A stretch of 64,000 bases of DNA, from the NCBI GenBank assembly GCA_021372575.1, contig JAJFUE010000152.1, positions 1,995-65,994 on the forward strand. Direction: 5' to 3'. The notes beneath the pieces were generated by a model. The model did not search any database, was not told the DNA's origin, and saw only the letters and a list, made by a program, of their open reading frames with translations. Source of the DNA: a bacterium. GTDB taxonomy: Bacteria > Sumerlaeota > Sumerlaeia > MVZB01. Positions 45,126-56,339 of this stretch are shown in pieces; the stretch's first letter is position 1, and every line of letters begins with the position of its first letter. A program made the position numbers and the translations under genes.

Positions 45126-46901
45126 ATGCTCGTTGGCGCCATGAAGAACCCGACCGCGCCAGAGACCAATCCCGCGATGCTGCTTGCTGCGGCGGCGCTC
45201 GCCGTTTTGGCGTTCGCGGTGTACCTGCCCGCGATCAGCGGCGGGTTTATCTGGGACGACCTGCCGCTGGTTTTCGACAACGCGCTGCTGCGCGACAAAA
45301 CCGGGCTGTGGCGGATCTGGACGACGATCTCCAGCATGGAGGCCGAGGACCATTACCGGCCGCTGCAGTACACGCTCCTGTGGCTGCAATACCAATGCTG
45401 GGGCAACTGGACGGCCGGCTATCACGCGGTGAACATGCTGCTGCACGGGGCGGTCGCCGTTCAGATCTGGCGGCTCATGCGGCGGCTGGGGCTGCCCGGC
45501 GCGTGGATCGGAGCGGCGCTGTTCGCGGTCCATCCGGTTCACGCCGAATCCGTCGCATGGATCTTCGGCGTCAAGGACCTGGTCTCGACGCTGCTGTGCC
45601 TGGCGGCCGTGGAAATGTACCTGAATCACGAGGAACGCGGCGGCTGGAAGTGGCTGGCGCTGGCGGCCGCGGCGGTTTTCGCGGCGATGCTCGCCAAAAG
45701 CACCTCGACGATGCTGCCCTTCGCGATCGCGATCCTCGCCTGGTATCGCCGGGGGCGGATCACGCGGCGCGAAATCTTAAGCATCTCGCTGCTGGCGGCG
45801 ATCACGCTGGCCGTGGCGCTGGCCGATACCTATGTCGTAAAGATCAATAATGCAAACCGGACGATGATCGTTCCGCCGCTCATGGACCGGCTGGTACAGT
45901 CCGGCATGGCGCTGATGTTCTATCTCGGCAAGCTCGCCTGGCCGGCCGGGCTGAGCCCGATCTATCCGCAGTTCGCATACCGGCTGGGCGATCCGCTGCA
46001 TTGGCTGCCGCTGGCGGCGACCGTCCTCGTGACGGCGGTGTTGTGGCTGGCGCGCGGGAGCATCGGCCGCGGGCCGCTGGCTTGCTGGCTTGATTACGCC
46101 CTCATGCTCGCGCCGATGCTGGGCCTCGTCTATTTCGGGTTCCTGACGAAATCGCCGGTCGCCGACCGTTTCCAATACATGGCGAGCATCGGCCCGATCG
46201 TGGGCATTGCCGCGCTGGCCGGCGGCTGGATCGCGAACGCCGACGGGAAATCGCGGCTGATCCGCGCCGCGCCGGCGATCGCCGTCCTGGTGGCGCTCTC
46301 GCTGCTGACGTGGCGGCAGGCCGGCTTTTACCGCGATCAATTTACTTTTTTCCGCCGCGCACTGGAAATCGCGCCCGAATCGCCGGCCGCCTATTACTGC
46401 CTCGGCGTGCGCGCCTGGGGCCACAACGAGTTTCACGCCGCCGAGAAACTGTTCGCGGAGGCCCACCGGCTCGATTCGAAGGACAACGAAACCATTTACG
46501 CCCTGGGCAACTCGATGGCCCGGCAGGGCAAAACGGCCGAGGCGGTCAAGTTCTATCGCGATAAGATAGGCGAGGGCTGCACGAATGCGAAGGTGTGGGG
46601 CGCGCTCGCGTGGCTCCTGGCGACCGATCCGCGGGTGCGCGATCCCGAACAGGCCTTGCGGGTCGCGACCGAATGCGTTGCGCGGTCAAAGGCACCCGAT
46701 CCCAAGTTGTGGAGCACGCTCGCGGCGGCGCAGGCCGCCAACGGCCAAACGCGCGAAGCCGCCGCGACCGCCCGCAAGGCGCTGCAACTGGCCAAGGCAA
46801 ACAACCTCATCGGAGTCCAGCAAATCCTCGAGCAGTTGATCCCGCTCTACGATGAAGGCAAGCCATACATCGCGCCGCCGGCAAGCAACATCGGGTTGTA
46901 G
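45126..46901 (+). CDS. GT-C-like multi-pass membrane protein (PMT_2/DUF1736-like) with C-terminal TPR repeats (TMTC-like)
   Basis: ...AISGGFIWDDLPLV...YRPLQYTLLWLQY... N-terminal membrane domain. C-terminal ...AAYYCLGVRAWGHNEFHAAEKLFAEAHRLD... TPR-like repeats. Confidence 0.6.
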   Translation: MLVGAMKNPTAPETNPAMLLAAAALAVLAFAVYLPAISGGFIWDDLPLVFDNALLRDKTGLWRIWTTISSMEAEDHYRPLQYTLLWLQYQCWGNWTAGYHAVNMLLHGAVAVQIWRLMRRLGLPGAWIGAALFAVHPVHAESVAWIFGVKDLVSTLLCLAAVEMYLNHEERGGWKWLALAAAAVFAAMLAKSTSTMLPFAIAILAWYRRGRITRREILSISLLAAITLAVALADTYVVKINNANRTMIVPPLMDRLVQSGMALMFYLGKLAWPAGLSPIYPQFAYRLGDPLHWLPLAATVLVTAVLWLARGSIGRGPLACWLDYALMLAPMLGLVYFGFLTKSPVADRFQYMASIGPIVGIAALAGGWIANADGKSRLIRAAPAIAVLVALSLLTWRQAGFYRDQFTFFRRALEIAPESPAAYYCLGVRAWGHNEFHAAEKLFAEAHRLDSKDNETIYALGNSMARQGKTAEAVKFYRDKIGEGCTNAKVWGALAWLLATDPRVRDPEQALRVATECVARSKAPDPKLWSTLAAAQAANGQTREAAATARKALQLAKANNLIGVQQILEQLIPLYDEGKPYIAPPASNIGL

Positions 46902-47200
46902 AGTCGTTCTCGAAAATAATTTCCGTTTGCCGCTTGTAGTGCAGCACGTACTTTGGTGCGGCGGCTTGCCGCCGCTTTGTTTTGCGTTGGACGATTCCTT
47001 TATTTTTTCGCGCAAAACCGGTCGTGAGACAAAAGCGGCGGCAAGCCGCCGCACTCCAAGGCGGTTTTCGGCGCTCGATGAGCGCCCCATCAAATGTGCG
47101 ATAACTTTCGAGAAATGGTCTAATTTCGATTACAGGCACGAAAAAAGGGTGAAGCGCGGACCTGGTCCACGCTTCACCCTTCGCTCTTTTCAATTTTGTT

Positions 47201-47959
47201 TTACAGGTCCTTGCGGCCGGTGCGGATCGAGGCCTCCGTCGGGTGGATGCCCGCCTCGAGCAGGGCGCGCGTCTCGTCCTCGCCCTTGCTGCGCGCCTCG
47301 GTGCGGATCATGACCTCCTCGGCGATCTCCTGCGGGATGACCAGCACGCCGTCGGTGTCGCCCAGCAGGAAGTCCATCGGCCGGATCAGGACGTCGCCCC
47401 ACCAGATCGGCAGGTTCCAGCCGCGGATGCGCGAGTAGTGGAAGCCATCGACGCAGCTGGAGTACTTGGCGTAGATCGGGAAGCCCAGCTTGCGCACGAA
47501 GCCGACGTCCTTGGCACCGCCGTTGATGACCGCGCCGCGCACGCCGTTCTTGATGCAGGTCGTCGTGGCGAGCTCGCCCCAGAAGCCGCTCTTGTGGTCG
47601 TTGCCGCAATCGACGACGACAATCGAGTTTTTCGGATAGGAACCGACCATCTTGGCGCCCATCATGCCGCGCTCCTCGGGGCACGGGTCGCTGATCCACT
47701 GGATGGTGAACGCAAAGCCGGCCAGCGCCGGCTCGTCGTTGGTCATCCACTTGGTCAGGCACTTGACGTCCGGCCCCAGCCACTGGTTGTGGAGGTTCAT
47801 CTCCTGGAAGATGTCGATCACGGCGCCGGTGTAGAGCTTGCTGTAACGCTCGCACATGTCGTCAATATTGAGCTTGTACGGCGACGGGAACTGGCGCACC
47901 TCGCACAGGCTGAGCTCGCCGGCCTTGTTGGGCTCCATGATCATGTTGTTGTAATCCAT
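47201..47959 (-). CDS. RraA-family protein (RNase E regulator / 4-hydroxy-4-methyl-2-oxoglutarate aldolase-like)
   Basis: ...GELATTTCIKNGVRGAVINGGAKDV... is an RraA-fold signature. ATG at 47959. Confidence 0.65.
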   Translation of the reverse strand: MDYNNMIMEPNKAGELSLCEVRQFPSPYKLNIDDMCERYSKLYTGAVIDIFQEMNLHNQWLGPDVKCLTKWMTNDEPALAGFAFTIQWISDPCPEERGMMGAKMVGSYPKNSIVVVDCGNDHKSGFWGELATTTCIKNGVRGAVINGGAKDVGFVRKLGFPIYAKYSSCVDGFHYSRIRGWNLPIWWGDVLIRPMDFLLGDTDGVLVIPQEIAEEVMIRTEARSKGEDETRALLEAGIHPTEASIRTGRKDL

Positions 47960-48060
47960 CGGTCGATTCCTTCCGTTCCTGACGATATCCGGATTATTAA
48001 TTTTCCAAACTGTTTGCCGTGCCCGGGGCCCATTTCCCCCAACTATGTCTCCCGCCTGCG

Positions 48061-49419
48061 TCAAGCTTTGGCGGCTTGTTCCCGATTCAGCCACACCGTG
48101 AATATATAACTCACGATCGGCAGCAGCGCCGCGACCACAAGGATCACGGTGTAGCTCGGCTTACCGGTCGCGGCGGCTTCCGCCGAGAACCCCGGCTTGG
48201 CCGAAAATGCCAGCCACCAACCCGTGAACAGTGTGAACAACGTCGTCCCGCCCTGCTGGCCAATGCCGCTCCAGCTCATGACCGTGGCGACTTCTTGCTT
48301 CGGGAACGAGTCCGAAACGAGCGCCAGCATGTTGGCCACCCACAGCCCCCACGCGAACGTCAGGAAGCTGATGAGCGCAATCGCCAGCGCGGCCGTGTTG
48401 GTTTCAGCGATCAGGAAGCTGACCATCATCCCGACGGCGCCGATGCCCATCACGATGATGCGCGACGCAATCGGCCGTCTGCCGTTCGCGATCAACGCGC
48501 CCGACCACCAGCCGCCGACGATGTTGCCGATATCGGCCGTGGCGAACGGAATCCATGCAACCGCGGTGATTTTTGTCCAGTTGAAGCCGAATTTGTCATT
48601 CAGGTAGTTGGCGATCCAGTAGGCGACGAAGAACCACACCGGGCTGGCCAGCGCGCGCGCGATGAAAATGCCCCAAAACCGCGGCTTGACCGCGACTTCC
48701 CAGAACGGGGCCTTCTTGCCCTTGACCTGATCATGCTCGATCAGTTCGCGCTCCTCGGCCGTGATCCGCGGATGCTGGCCCGGCGCGTGATACAGGTAAA
48801 GCCAAAAGGCCACCCACGCGATCACGAACACCGGCGTCACGACGAATGCCAGGCGCCAGTTGCCGGTCACCGCCAGCGCAAAGCCCATGATCCATGGGGC
48901 GACGATCGCGCCGATCGACACGCCGCCGTTGAAGAATCCCATCGCCAGGCCGCGCTCCCTCGTCGGGAACCACTCGGCGACCGCCTTGCCGGCGCACGGC
49001 CAGTTGCCCGCCTCGCCGATCGCAAGGATGGAACGCAGCACGATCAGGCCAACCAGGCCGGCCGACAGCGTCATCGCCCCGATCGTGATCGTCCCCGTCG
49101 GCAGCAACGCGTGCATGGCCGCCGAAACCGACCAGATGCCAATGAACAGGACGAACCCGACGCGTGTTCCGATTTTGTCAATGATCGGGCCGACAAAAAA
49201 CAACGCCGCCACCGTCGCAATCGTAAACGCCGAAACGATCCACGAATATTCAAGGTTGCCAAACCCGAGTTCTTTCTTGAGCGTCGGAGCGAGGAACGAC
49301 AGCAGCTGCCGATCGACATAGTTCAGCACCGTGGACAGGAACAACATCAGCAGGATATACCACCTTAGATGCCCCGTTCTCATCCCACGGACGACTTCTT
49401 TCCAACCTTTTCCTGCCAC
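48061..49419 (-). CDS. MFS transporter
   Basis: 12-TM architecture. ...LNYVDRQLLSFLAPTLKKELGF... N-terminal MFS motif. Confidence 0.75.
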   Translation of the reverse strand: MAGKGWKEVVRGMRTGHLRWYILLMLFLSTVLNYVDRQLLSFLAPTLKKELGFGNLEYSWIVSAFTIATVAALFFVGPIIDKIGTRVGFVLFIGIWSVSAAMHALLPTGTITIGAMTLSAGLVGLIVLRSILAIGEAGNWPCAGKAVAEWFPTRERGLAMGFFNGGVSIGAIVAPWIMGFALAVTGNWRLAFVVTPVFVIAWVAFWLYLYHAPGQHPRITAEERELIEHDQVKGKKAPFWEVAVKPRFWGIFIARALASPVWFFVAYWIANYLNDKFGFNWTKITAVAWIPFATADIGNIVGGWWSGALIANGRRPIASRIIVMGIGAVGMMVSFLIAETNTAALAIALISFLTFAWGLWVANMLALVSDSFPKQEVATVMSWSGIGQQGGTTLFTLFTGWWLAFSAKPGFSAEAAATGKPSYTVILVVAALLPIVSYIFTVWLNREQAAKA

Positions 49420-49503
49420 CGCCCTCCTCCTTCTATTCCCCCACTATCAACTTGCTATCGGCATCGAGCCCACCGGCCCGGCAGTTCCACGCTTGCACTC
49501 GGG

Positions 49504-50610
49504 CTACTGCATCACATCGACCGGCTTGCCGGTCTCCAAACATTGATGGACGGCCAACGCGGCCGCTGTGGCAGCCCTTCCGTCCTGACCTGACGGGTAT
49601 TTTCCTTCGAGCTGCTTGATGTCGCCGCCGTCCTCGAGCCACGTCACCAGCCGCATGAAATCCTTGATCGGATCGACGAAATAGCCGCTGTGAAGCGATC
49701 CGCCAAGAGCTAACGGCTGAACATGGGCCGAGTTTACGTTGAAAGTTTTCATCCCGCCGCCCGAGAAGCAGCCGCTGAAGCCGCGATCCTGCGTGTCGAG
49801 CTCGAGAACCCCCTCGCTGCCGACGAACCGCGCGCCCTGGTTGACCACCGCCGGGAACGTCTCGGGCAGGATCCAGCTGATATCGACGCTGAACACCGCG
49901 CCGCCGCTGAACTCCAACTCGGCATGGACCGAATCGTAGGTGTTCAGGCCCAGGCCGCTCAGCTTGCCCTTCCAGCCCTTGGCCGAGTTCACGCGGACAA
50001 CTTCCTGGCCCAGGCTCCAACGCAGCATGTCGATCTGGTGGACGCCGATAAACCAGAACGGCGTGGTGGCCTCGGCCCACTTCGGGAACCAGTCGCGCGG
50101 CACCACGATCGTGTCTTCCATGTAGCAGTTTCCGTATTGAACCGTGCCGATCTTGCCCTGCAGGATGAACTCGCGGGTCTTCTGCTGGACCTGGTCGTAG
50201 CGCTTATGAAAATCGACGAACAGCAGGCGGCCGGTTTCCCGGGCGACGCGGTTCATCTCGTCGCAACCCTCGACCGTCAAGTCCATGGGCTTTTCGCAGA
50301 TCACGTGCTTGCCGGCGCGCATGGCCTTGATGGCCATGTCGCGGTGCAAGTGGTCCGGCGTGACGACCGATATGGCGTGAATGTCTTCTCTGGCGATTAA
50401 TTCATCGTAATTGCGGGTGCCGTCGATTTTCCACTCGGAGGTCATTTTATCGACGGTTTCCTGCGTGCGGGCGCACATCGCCACCAGCTTGGCGCGGCCT
50501 TCGGCTTCCAAGTCGCGAACCGCGTTCATGTGATGGCTGGCCCACACGCCACCGCCGACAATACCCAACCCCGGAACTGTTGCCACAATGCACCTCCGCT
50601 CCGACCCCAT
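49504..50610 (-). CDS. Gfo/Idh/MocA-family NAD(P)-dependent oxidoreductase
   Basis: GLGIVGGGVWASHHMNA Rossmann motif. ...HVICEKPM... consensus. ATG at 50610. Confidence 0.75.
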   Translation of the reverse strand: MGSERRCIVATVPGLGIVGGGVWASHHMNAVRDLEAEGRAKLVAMCARTQETVDKMTSEWKIDGTRNYDELIAREDIHAISVVTPDHLHRDMAIKAMRAGKHVICEKPMDLTVEGCDEMNRVARETGRLLFVDFHKRYDQVQQKTREFILQGKIGTVQYGNCYMEDTIVVPRDWFPKWAEATTPFWFIGVHQIDMLRWSLGQEVVRVNSAKGWKGKLSGLGLNTYDSVHAELEFSGGAVFSVDISWILPETFPAVVNQGARFVGSEGVLELDTQDRGFSGCFSGGGMKTFNVNSAHVQPLALGGSLHSGYFVDPIKDFMRLVTWLEDGGDIKQLEGKYPSGQDGRAATAAALAVHQCLETGKPVDVMQ

Positions 50611-50854
50611 TTTCAATCCTCGGCAAAATGCGGCTGACACCGCTGCGGAAAACAATAAATAACGAATCCAAGTCCAAAGAGTCAAGTTGTTTCCGCCAAG
50701 GAAACATCTTTTTCAAATTTTATTTCAAAATTTAATGATTCACCACTCACCATTTGCGATTCTGATTCATGATTCCATTTCGTGCCTTGATTTGCTAAAG
50801 ATGGTGCTGTGGCGTCGTGCGCCACCGATTCTTTCACCCGGGAAAGCTGGGTCC

Positions 50855-51997
50855 ATGGCCTCCGAGAGCAAAGATTATTACAAAACGCTGGGCGTTGAGC
50901 GCGATGCGACGGCCGATCAGATCAAGAAAGCCTATCGCAAGCTGGCGATCAAGTATCACCCCGATAAGAACGCCGATGACGTCGCCGCGGCCGAGGAAAA
51001 ATTCAAGGAAATCTCCGAAGCCTACGAGGTCCTGAGCGACGAGCAGAAACGGGCCGCTTACGACCGTTACGGCTATGAAGGCGTCAAGGGCCAGTTCCGC
51101 GGCGGCGGGTTCAGCTGGGACGATTTCCATCACGCCGGCGAGTTCGAGGACCTGTTCGGCGGGCTGTTCGAGTCGTTCTTCGGGTTCGGCGGCGGCGGCC
51201 GGGGCGGTCGCGCGCGCGGCCGCGATTTGCGCATCCGCCTGGACCTGACGCTCGAGGAAGCCCTGATGGGCAAGGAGGCGGAGCTGACGCTCAAGCGCAT
51301 GGAGCTGTGCGCGGGGTGCAACGGCTCCGGTGCGCGCGCCGGTTCGTCGCCGCGCACGTGCCCGCGCTGCGGCGGCCAGGGGCGCCTCAGGCTGGTCCAG
51401 GGTTTCTTCAGCATGACGACCACCTGCGACGTGTGCCACGGCCGCGGCCAGGTGATCGGCGATCCCTGCCCCGATTGCCATGGCGAAGGCCGCGTCGAGC
51501 AGAAGGCCACGATCCGCCTGCGCATCCCGCGCGGCGTCGATGACGGCAACCAGCTGCGCCTCGTCGGCGAAGGCGAAGCCGGCCCTCCCGGAGGCGACCG
51601 CGGCGACCTCTACGTCGTGCTGGCCGTCAAACGCCACAAGCGCTACGAGCGCGACGGCTACGACCTGCACGCCAAGGAGCCGATCAGCTTCACGCTCGCG
51701 GCCCTGGGCGGCGAATGCACGATCGAGACACCGTACGGCCCGCACACGCTCAAGATCCCGGCCGGCAGCCAGCCCGGCCAGGTGATCCGGATCGCGGGCT
51801 ACGGCGTCCCGCGCGGCGACGCCGAGGATTCCCCGCGCGGCAGCCTGTTCTGCCACCTGACGATCCAGGTCCCCAAGAAGCTGACCGACCGCCAGCGCGA
51901 GCTGCTGCAACAACTCGCCAAAGAGTCGGGCGAAAACCACTCGCCGTCGGCCAAGGGATTCTTCGACAAGGTCAGAGAGAAGATCGGGCTGGAGTAA
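50855..51997 (+). CDS. dnaJ: Molecular chaperone DnaJ
   Basis: J-domain (DYYKTLGV...YHPDKN), G/F-rich region, four CxxCxGxG zinc-finger repeats. Confidence 0.9.
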   Translation: MASESKDYYKTLGVERDATADQIKKAYRKLAIKYHPDKNADDVAAAEEKFKEISEAYEVLSDEQKRAAYDRYGYEGVKGQFRGGGFSWDDFHHAGEFEDLFGGLFESFFGFGGGGRGGRARGRDLRIRLDLTLEEALMGKEAELTLKRMELCAGCNGSGARAGSSPRTCPRCGGQGRLRLVQGFFSMTTTCDVCHGRGQVIGDPCPDCHGEGRVEQKATIRLRIPRGVDDGNQLRLVGEGEAGPPGGDRGDLYVVLAVKRHKRYERDGYDLHAKEPISFTLAALGGECTIETPYGPHTLKIPAGSQPGQVIRIAGYGVPRGDAEDSPRGSLFCHLTIQVPKKLTDRQRELLQQLAKESGENHSPSAKGFFDKVREKIGLE

Positions 51998-52072
51998 TTA
52001 CGCACCGGAGCGCCGATCTCCGAATCGTCAATTTGGTTTTTTGCAGCAATTGCATTTGCCACTACGCCAGTA

Positions 52073-52870
52073 TTGATGAGAGGTGGTCCGCAAAAAATGT
52101 TGGCAAACAAAATGCCTTGTTTTTGGCGAGCAGCGGTGATCCCGTTGGCGTTATTATGTTGTCAGGCATGCACTGTCAGCGTTTGGAAATATGGCCTCCG
52201 CAAAGAATACCACCTAAAGGGAATTGAAGGTATTTCGCCAAACGATTTGGGGAAACCGGATTTTTCCGGATACCTGTTGGTATCATATGGCAATGGCACC
52301 GGCAGCTCGAACTTGTTTTATGAGAAATATTTTTGCGCTATTCCCATCATCGACGGAAGGGTTCAGGATCCGTTTGATTACAAAGGCTCGCAAACCGGCC
52401 TGAAATGCATTGCGAATGATGTATCCCCTGAGCGTTTGAACAGAATTCGAAAATACAGTTTTGACGCGGAATCAATAAATCTGGCGTCAAAATTATATTA
52501 TGAGAAAAAATATATTCCGAACGACCGCTACCATAACCCGCAATTTGGATCCGGCTACTCTGTCTCTGATGGCGTGAGTTTGATCCCGTATCATCCGAAT
52601 ACAATGGAGTTTGCGGATCCGGAGAAAAATTCGAGGGTTCACTGGCGTCCGGGCAAGAATCCATTGGAGCCTCCGTTCGATGTGACATGTCGCGTCATTA
52701 TTCTGCCTAGCACACAACCTGTTTCTAAGCCGGAGCGGGTTCGAAATGTATTTGGAGCAGTGATTGAAACTCCATTCACGATTGTTGCTGATCTGTCCAC
52801 GTTTCTGTTGTTTTGCATTTTCGACCCCAAGAACGCGTTATCGTATTGGGGCGATGAGGCTGGATTTTAA
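52073..52870 (+). CDS. Hypothetical exported protein or lipoprotein; AT-rich, likely horizontally acquired
   Basis: Signal-like ...AAVIPLALLCCQAC. GC about 35-45% against a roughly 67% background. Confidence 0.45.
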   Translation: MMRGGPQKMLANKMPCFWRAAVIPLALLCCQACTVSVWKYGLRKEYHLKGIEGISPNDLGKPDFSGYLLVSYGNGTGSSNLFYEKYFCAIPIIDGRVQDPFDYKGSQTGLKCIANDVSPERLNRIRKYSFDAESINLASKLYYEKKYIPNDRYHNPQFGSGYSVSDGVSLIPYHPNTMEFADPEKNSRVHWRPGKNPLEPPFDVTCRVIILPSTQPVSKPERVRNVFGAVIETPFTIVADLSTFLLFCIFDPKNALSYWGDEAGF

Positions 52871-52965
52871 GTAGCGTTTTTTGTCGCAGGCGAGCAGGAT
52901 CGGGCAGAATCAGGTCTTATAGGTCCCACTCAACTAAAACACCGGGAGAAACGTCATTAAACCTC

Positions 52966-53715
52966 TCACTTCATATACACCCTGCCCTGGTCGTCCATGC
53001 CGATGCTTGTGCCGTTGCCTAGATCGAGCGTCTTGGTGATCTGGTCCGGCGGCGGATCGAACGTGAACACTGCGCCTTCGTTGGCCGCTTTTTCCAAATA
53101 AACGAGTAGGCGGTCCGCCTTGGCCAGCGCGGTCGCGCACACGTCCGGCTTGCAGTTCAGCGTCGATTTCGACACCAGCAACGTGAACGGCCACGTGATG
53201 AGGTTGAAGAGCCTCTGCTTGATGCCCGGCCGGTGTTTGCCTTGCTCGACTTCGTTGAGATATTCGAGGCTCTTTTGCAGGCAGTATTTCAACATCTTGA
53301 AGATCATCAGGTATTCGCCGGCATCGCATCGCCGGCTGATCTCGGAATTGTGGAAGATGAATCGCGAGACGAAGATGCGGATCCCGTGATCGAAGTCCTT
53401 GGGATTGGCCGTCCAGCCGTGACCCTTGCCCGACAGCGCCTTCACCCACTCGCCGCTCTTCGCGCACAGCTCGCAGTAGGACAGGAAGTAGCCGTTCATT
53501 TCCGCGCTGTCGGCGGCGGTGGTGCTGGTGAGCTTCTTGAGTTTCTCGAGGATCGGCTTTGCGCGTTCGTCGGTGATTTTGTAGGTCCAGTTCATGGCGT
53601 AGCTGATACCCCACGCGAACTCGAAAAACTCCGGCGGCGTGAACAGCGTTTCGAGCAGCTTGTCCGGCCCCGGCTTGGCCGCGGAGAAGATCTTCAGATT
53701 CGGACCCGTCGCCAT
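52966..53715 (-). CDS. Hypothetical protein; AT-rich, likely horizontally acquired
   Basis: 249-aa ORF with no recognisable motifs. Convergent with the previous gene. Confidence 0.45.
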   Translation of the reverse strand: MATGPNLKIFSAAKPGPDKLLETLFTPPEFFEFAWGISYAMNWTYKITDERAKPILEKLKKLTSTTAADSAEMNGYFLSYCELCAKSGEWVKALSGKGHGWTANPKDFDHGIRIFVSRFIFHNSEISRRCDAGEYLMIFKMLKYCLQKSLEYLNEVEQGKHRPGIKQRLFNLITWPFTLLVSKSTLNCKPDVCATALAKADRLLVYLEKAANEGAVFTFDPPPDQITKTLDLGNGTSIGMDDQGRVYMK

Positions 53716-53987
53716 GGGAACCTCCCGAAAGAAAATCCGTTTGTTTTGACTAACACATTAGCTTGCCGAATTCGAGAATATTAGGCAGCCTGATATCTCA
53801 CCGTCGATTTCGACTATGGAATTTTTGATTTTCATTTGACTGCCTGGCAGCCTTGGCGTCTTGGCGTAAAAGAATTTCTCTTCTGTGAGGTCTCCGCCTC
53901 TCGGCGTCTCTGCGATAAAAATCCCGGAGTCGGCTCGGAGAGCCGACCTACCTTGACTCTTTTTCGCGAATCGCCAAGTATGTCTGC

Positions 53988-56339
53988 ATGGAGCCGCGCC
54001 GCAGACCATCACCGCGCCTTGTCGCCGCCCATGCCGTGGGCCTGATCCTTGCCTTGGTCGCGGTCGCGTTCTGCGTGTGGGCCGAGATCAACTGGGCGCT
54101 CATCAGCGACCCGTTCCGCGCGCGCGGCAGCTGGCCCAATCCGTTCGCGGTGTTCCCGTATCTGTTCGACTCGTGGTCGTCGCTGCGCGGCGGATTCGAC
54201 TGGCGCGGGCTCATCTTCGGCGCGCTGGCCGTCGCGCTCACGACCGTGCTCGGCGCGTTCCTCCTCGAGTGCTTCGAAATCTATGTCGGACGCGCGGCGT
54301 GGCTGGCGCTGGCGTTTTTGTTCGGCCTCGGGATGGCCGGCGTCGTCCTCGAATGGCTCGCGATCCCGTTCCTGCTGGGCCGCGGCTCGATCGCCGTTTC
54401 GCTCATCGCGCTGCTCGCGATCCTCGCGCTTGGTGCATGGCGCGCGGCGCGGCGGCCGCCGCATTCGATCCCCGGCGCGGTCGGCGACCCCGCCGATCAC
54501 AGTTACCGCCACGTGCAGGCGCGCAAGGCGTTCCGCAATTCGTTGACGCACCCGCGACGTCCGCACGAGATCATCTTCGCGGTTGCGGCCTTGTTCGTCA
54601 TCGCCGCGATTACGGCTGCCAACTTCTGGCACGCGATCCTTTACCCCGAGGTCTATTGGGATTCGCTGATCCTGTACATGGGCTACGCGCGCCAGACGTT
54701 CCTCGCGCACGGCTTCCCGATCAAGGTCTGCGGCCACGTCGGGATCGGGCTTGGCGCGAACTACCCGCATCTCTACGCGGTGCTGGGGTCGGGCGTCGCG
54801 ACCGCGATGGGCGAGTGGAGCGAGCTGCCGCAGCGCATCATCGCGCCGCTGGCCGGCCTCGCCACGACCGTGCTCGTTTATCAAACCGCACTGCGCATGA
54901 CGCGCCACGTGAACGCCTCGCTCGCCGTCGCGCTCCTATATCGCTCGATCCCGCTCGGCATCATGTATGACCAATACGGCTCCGATTACGCGCTGGTCAT
55001 TCTCTTCACGGCCGGTTTCCTTTACCTCTCGATCCTCTACATTCAAGACGCACTGCCGGGCTATTTCGTCCTGATGACGCTCCTGATCGCGATCTCGATG
55101 CACATTAATTACCTGATGGGCATCCTGTGGCTGCCGTGGGCGCTGACGATCGTGATTGCACATAAGTTCGTAGTCCCGCCTTCAGGCGGAACGACGAACG
55201 ATGCGCCTTGGACGACGCTTACAGTCCGCCCCCCCCTCATCACATTCCTGTTTTCCAACCGCTTCTGGCTGTGGCTGGTGATCGCGTGCGCGATCGGTTC
55301 GACTTGGTATATTCGCAACTGGATCGTGACCGGCAATCCTGTTTATGCGTTCTTCTACAAGTTCCTCGACGGCAAGCACATCAATGGAGACGTGATGGCC
55401 GCGGCCGAAAGGGAATGGCAGTCCAACGGCTACGGCATCGGCCTGTTTGGCGCGACCGTGCTCGAGCGCATCCGGCACGCGTGGGGCTTCTTCACCGGCT
55501 TGAACATCGTCATCCAGGGCGAGGGCGCGGAAAAGACGGCGCGCTGGACGTTCAGCACGCCGAGCTACAGCATCTCGCCGGTCTTCATGGGCTTCGCGAT
55601 GCCGGCGCTGATCGCGTGGCTCGGATCGTTCCTCGCGCTGCGCCGCGGGAGCGACAAAATACCCGGCGCGCGCGCGTTCGGGTTTGTGGTCGGAACGCTC
55701 ACGCTCGCGCTCCTCGCGTTTCACTTCGTGCTCGCACCGTTCTACCTCTACCAAATCATCTCGATCATCCCGTGCCTCGCGCTGCTCGTGGCGGCGGCGT
55801 GGCCATGGTGGTCGATCCGGCCGTGGCGCTGGGTGCTCGGCGGACTTGCATTGCTGGTCGCGATCGCGCCGGGTCTCGGCTGGTCGCTGATGGGATTTAA
55901 ATTGATCGGCGAATTCGAGCCCACGCCGGGCGCGCGCAGCGAATACCCGCAGACGCTGTGGCCGCTGCGCCACCCGCTGCCCAAAACCTCGCAGTTTTAT
56001 CGCTGGCGCTACGGCGACGACGTGGTGATGTGGGACTACCTCAACGCGCACCTCAAGGGCGAGAAAATCCTCACGCACGAGAACCGCGACCTCGTCCTCG
56101 ACCCGACCATCGAGATTGTGAATCTCGACGATTGGGACATGCAGCCGCTGTGGGAGCTGCCGCAAACCGAGCGCGTCCGCCGCCTCATCGAGAACCACAA
56201 CATCCACTACTACCTGTTCGTCCCGAACGAGCTCGCGACGCCGACCAACGCCCGCATGGGCACGGCCGAATGGCCCAAGCTGGGCCTGGCGGAGCTGGAG
56301 TTCCAGGCCGGCGAAAACAAGCTCTACAAGCTTAAATGA
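53988..56339 (+). CDS. Large polytopic membrane protein (783 aa, at least 12 TM helices plus a C-terminal soluble domain); possibly a GT-C-type glycosyltransferase
   Basis: Numerous hydrophobic segments throughout. C-terminal roughly 150 aa are hydrophilic. The opposite-strand ORFs are antisense-like. Confidence 0.5.
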   Translation: MEPRRRPSPRLVAAHAVGLILALVAVAFCVWAEINWALISDPFRARGSWPNPFAVFPYLFDSWSSLRGGFDWRGLIFGALAVALTTVLGAFLLECFEIYVGRAAWLALAFLFGLGMAGVVLEWLAIPFLLGRGSIAVSLIALLAILALGAWRAARRPPHSIPGAVGDPADHSYRHVQARKAFRNSLTHPRRPHEIIFAVAALFVIAAITAANFWHAILYPEVYWDSLILYMGYARQTFLAHGFPIKVCGHVGIGLGANYPHLYAVLGSGVATAMGEWSELPQRIIAPLAGLATTVLVYQTALRMTRHVNASLAVALLYRSIPLGIMYDQYGSDYALVILFTAGFLYLSILYIQDALPGYFVLMTLLIAISMHINYLMGILWLPWALTIVIAHKFVVPPSGGTTNDAPWTTLTVRPPLITFLFSNRFWLWLVIACAIGSTWYIRNWIVTGNPVYAFFYKFLDGKHINGDVMAAAEREWQSNGYGIGLFGATVLERIRHAWGFFTGLNIVIQGEGAEKTARWTFSTPSYSISPVFMGFAMPALIAWLGSFLALRRGSDKIPGARAFGFVVGTLTLALLAFHFVLAPFYLYQIISIIPCLALLVAAAWPWWSIRPWRWVLGGLALLVAIAPGLGWSLMGFKLIGEFEPTPGARSEYPQTLWPLRHPLPKTSQFYRWRYGDDVVMWDYLNAHLKGEKILTHENRDLVLDPTIEIVNLDDWDMQPLWELPQTERVRRLIENHNIHYYLFVPNELATPTNARMGTAEWPKLGLAELEFQAGENKLYKLK

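Noticed and set aside
50834-51940. 368-aa minus-strand ORF antisense to dnaJ
   Set aside because: dnaJ motifs (J-domain, CxxCxGxG x4) are unambiguous on the plus strand.
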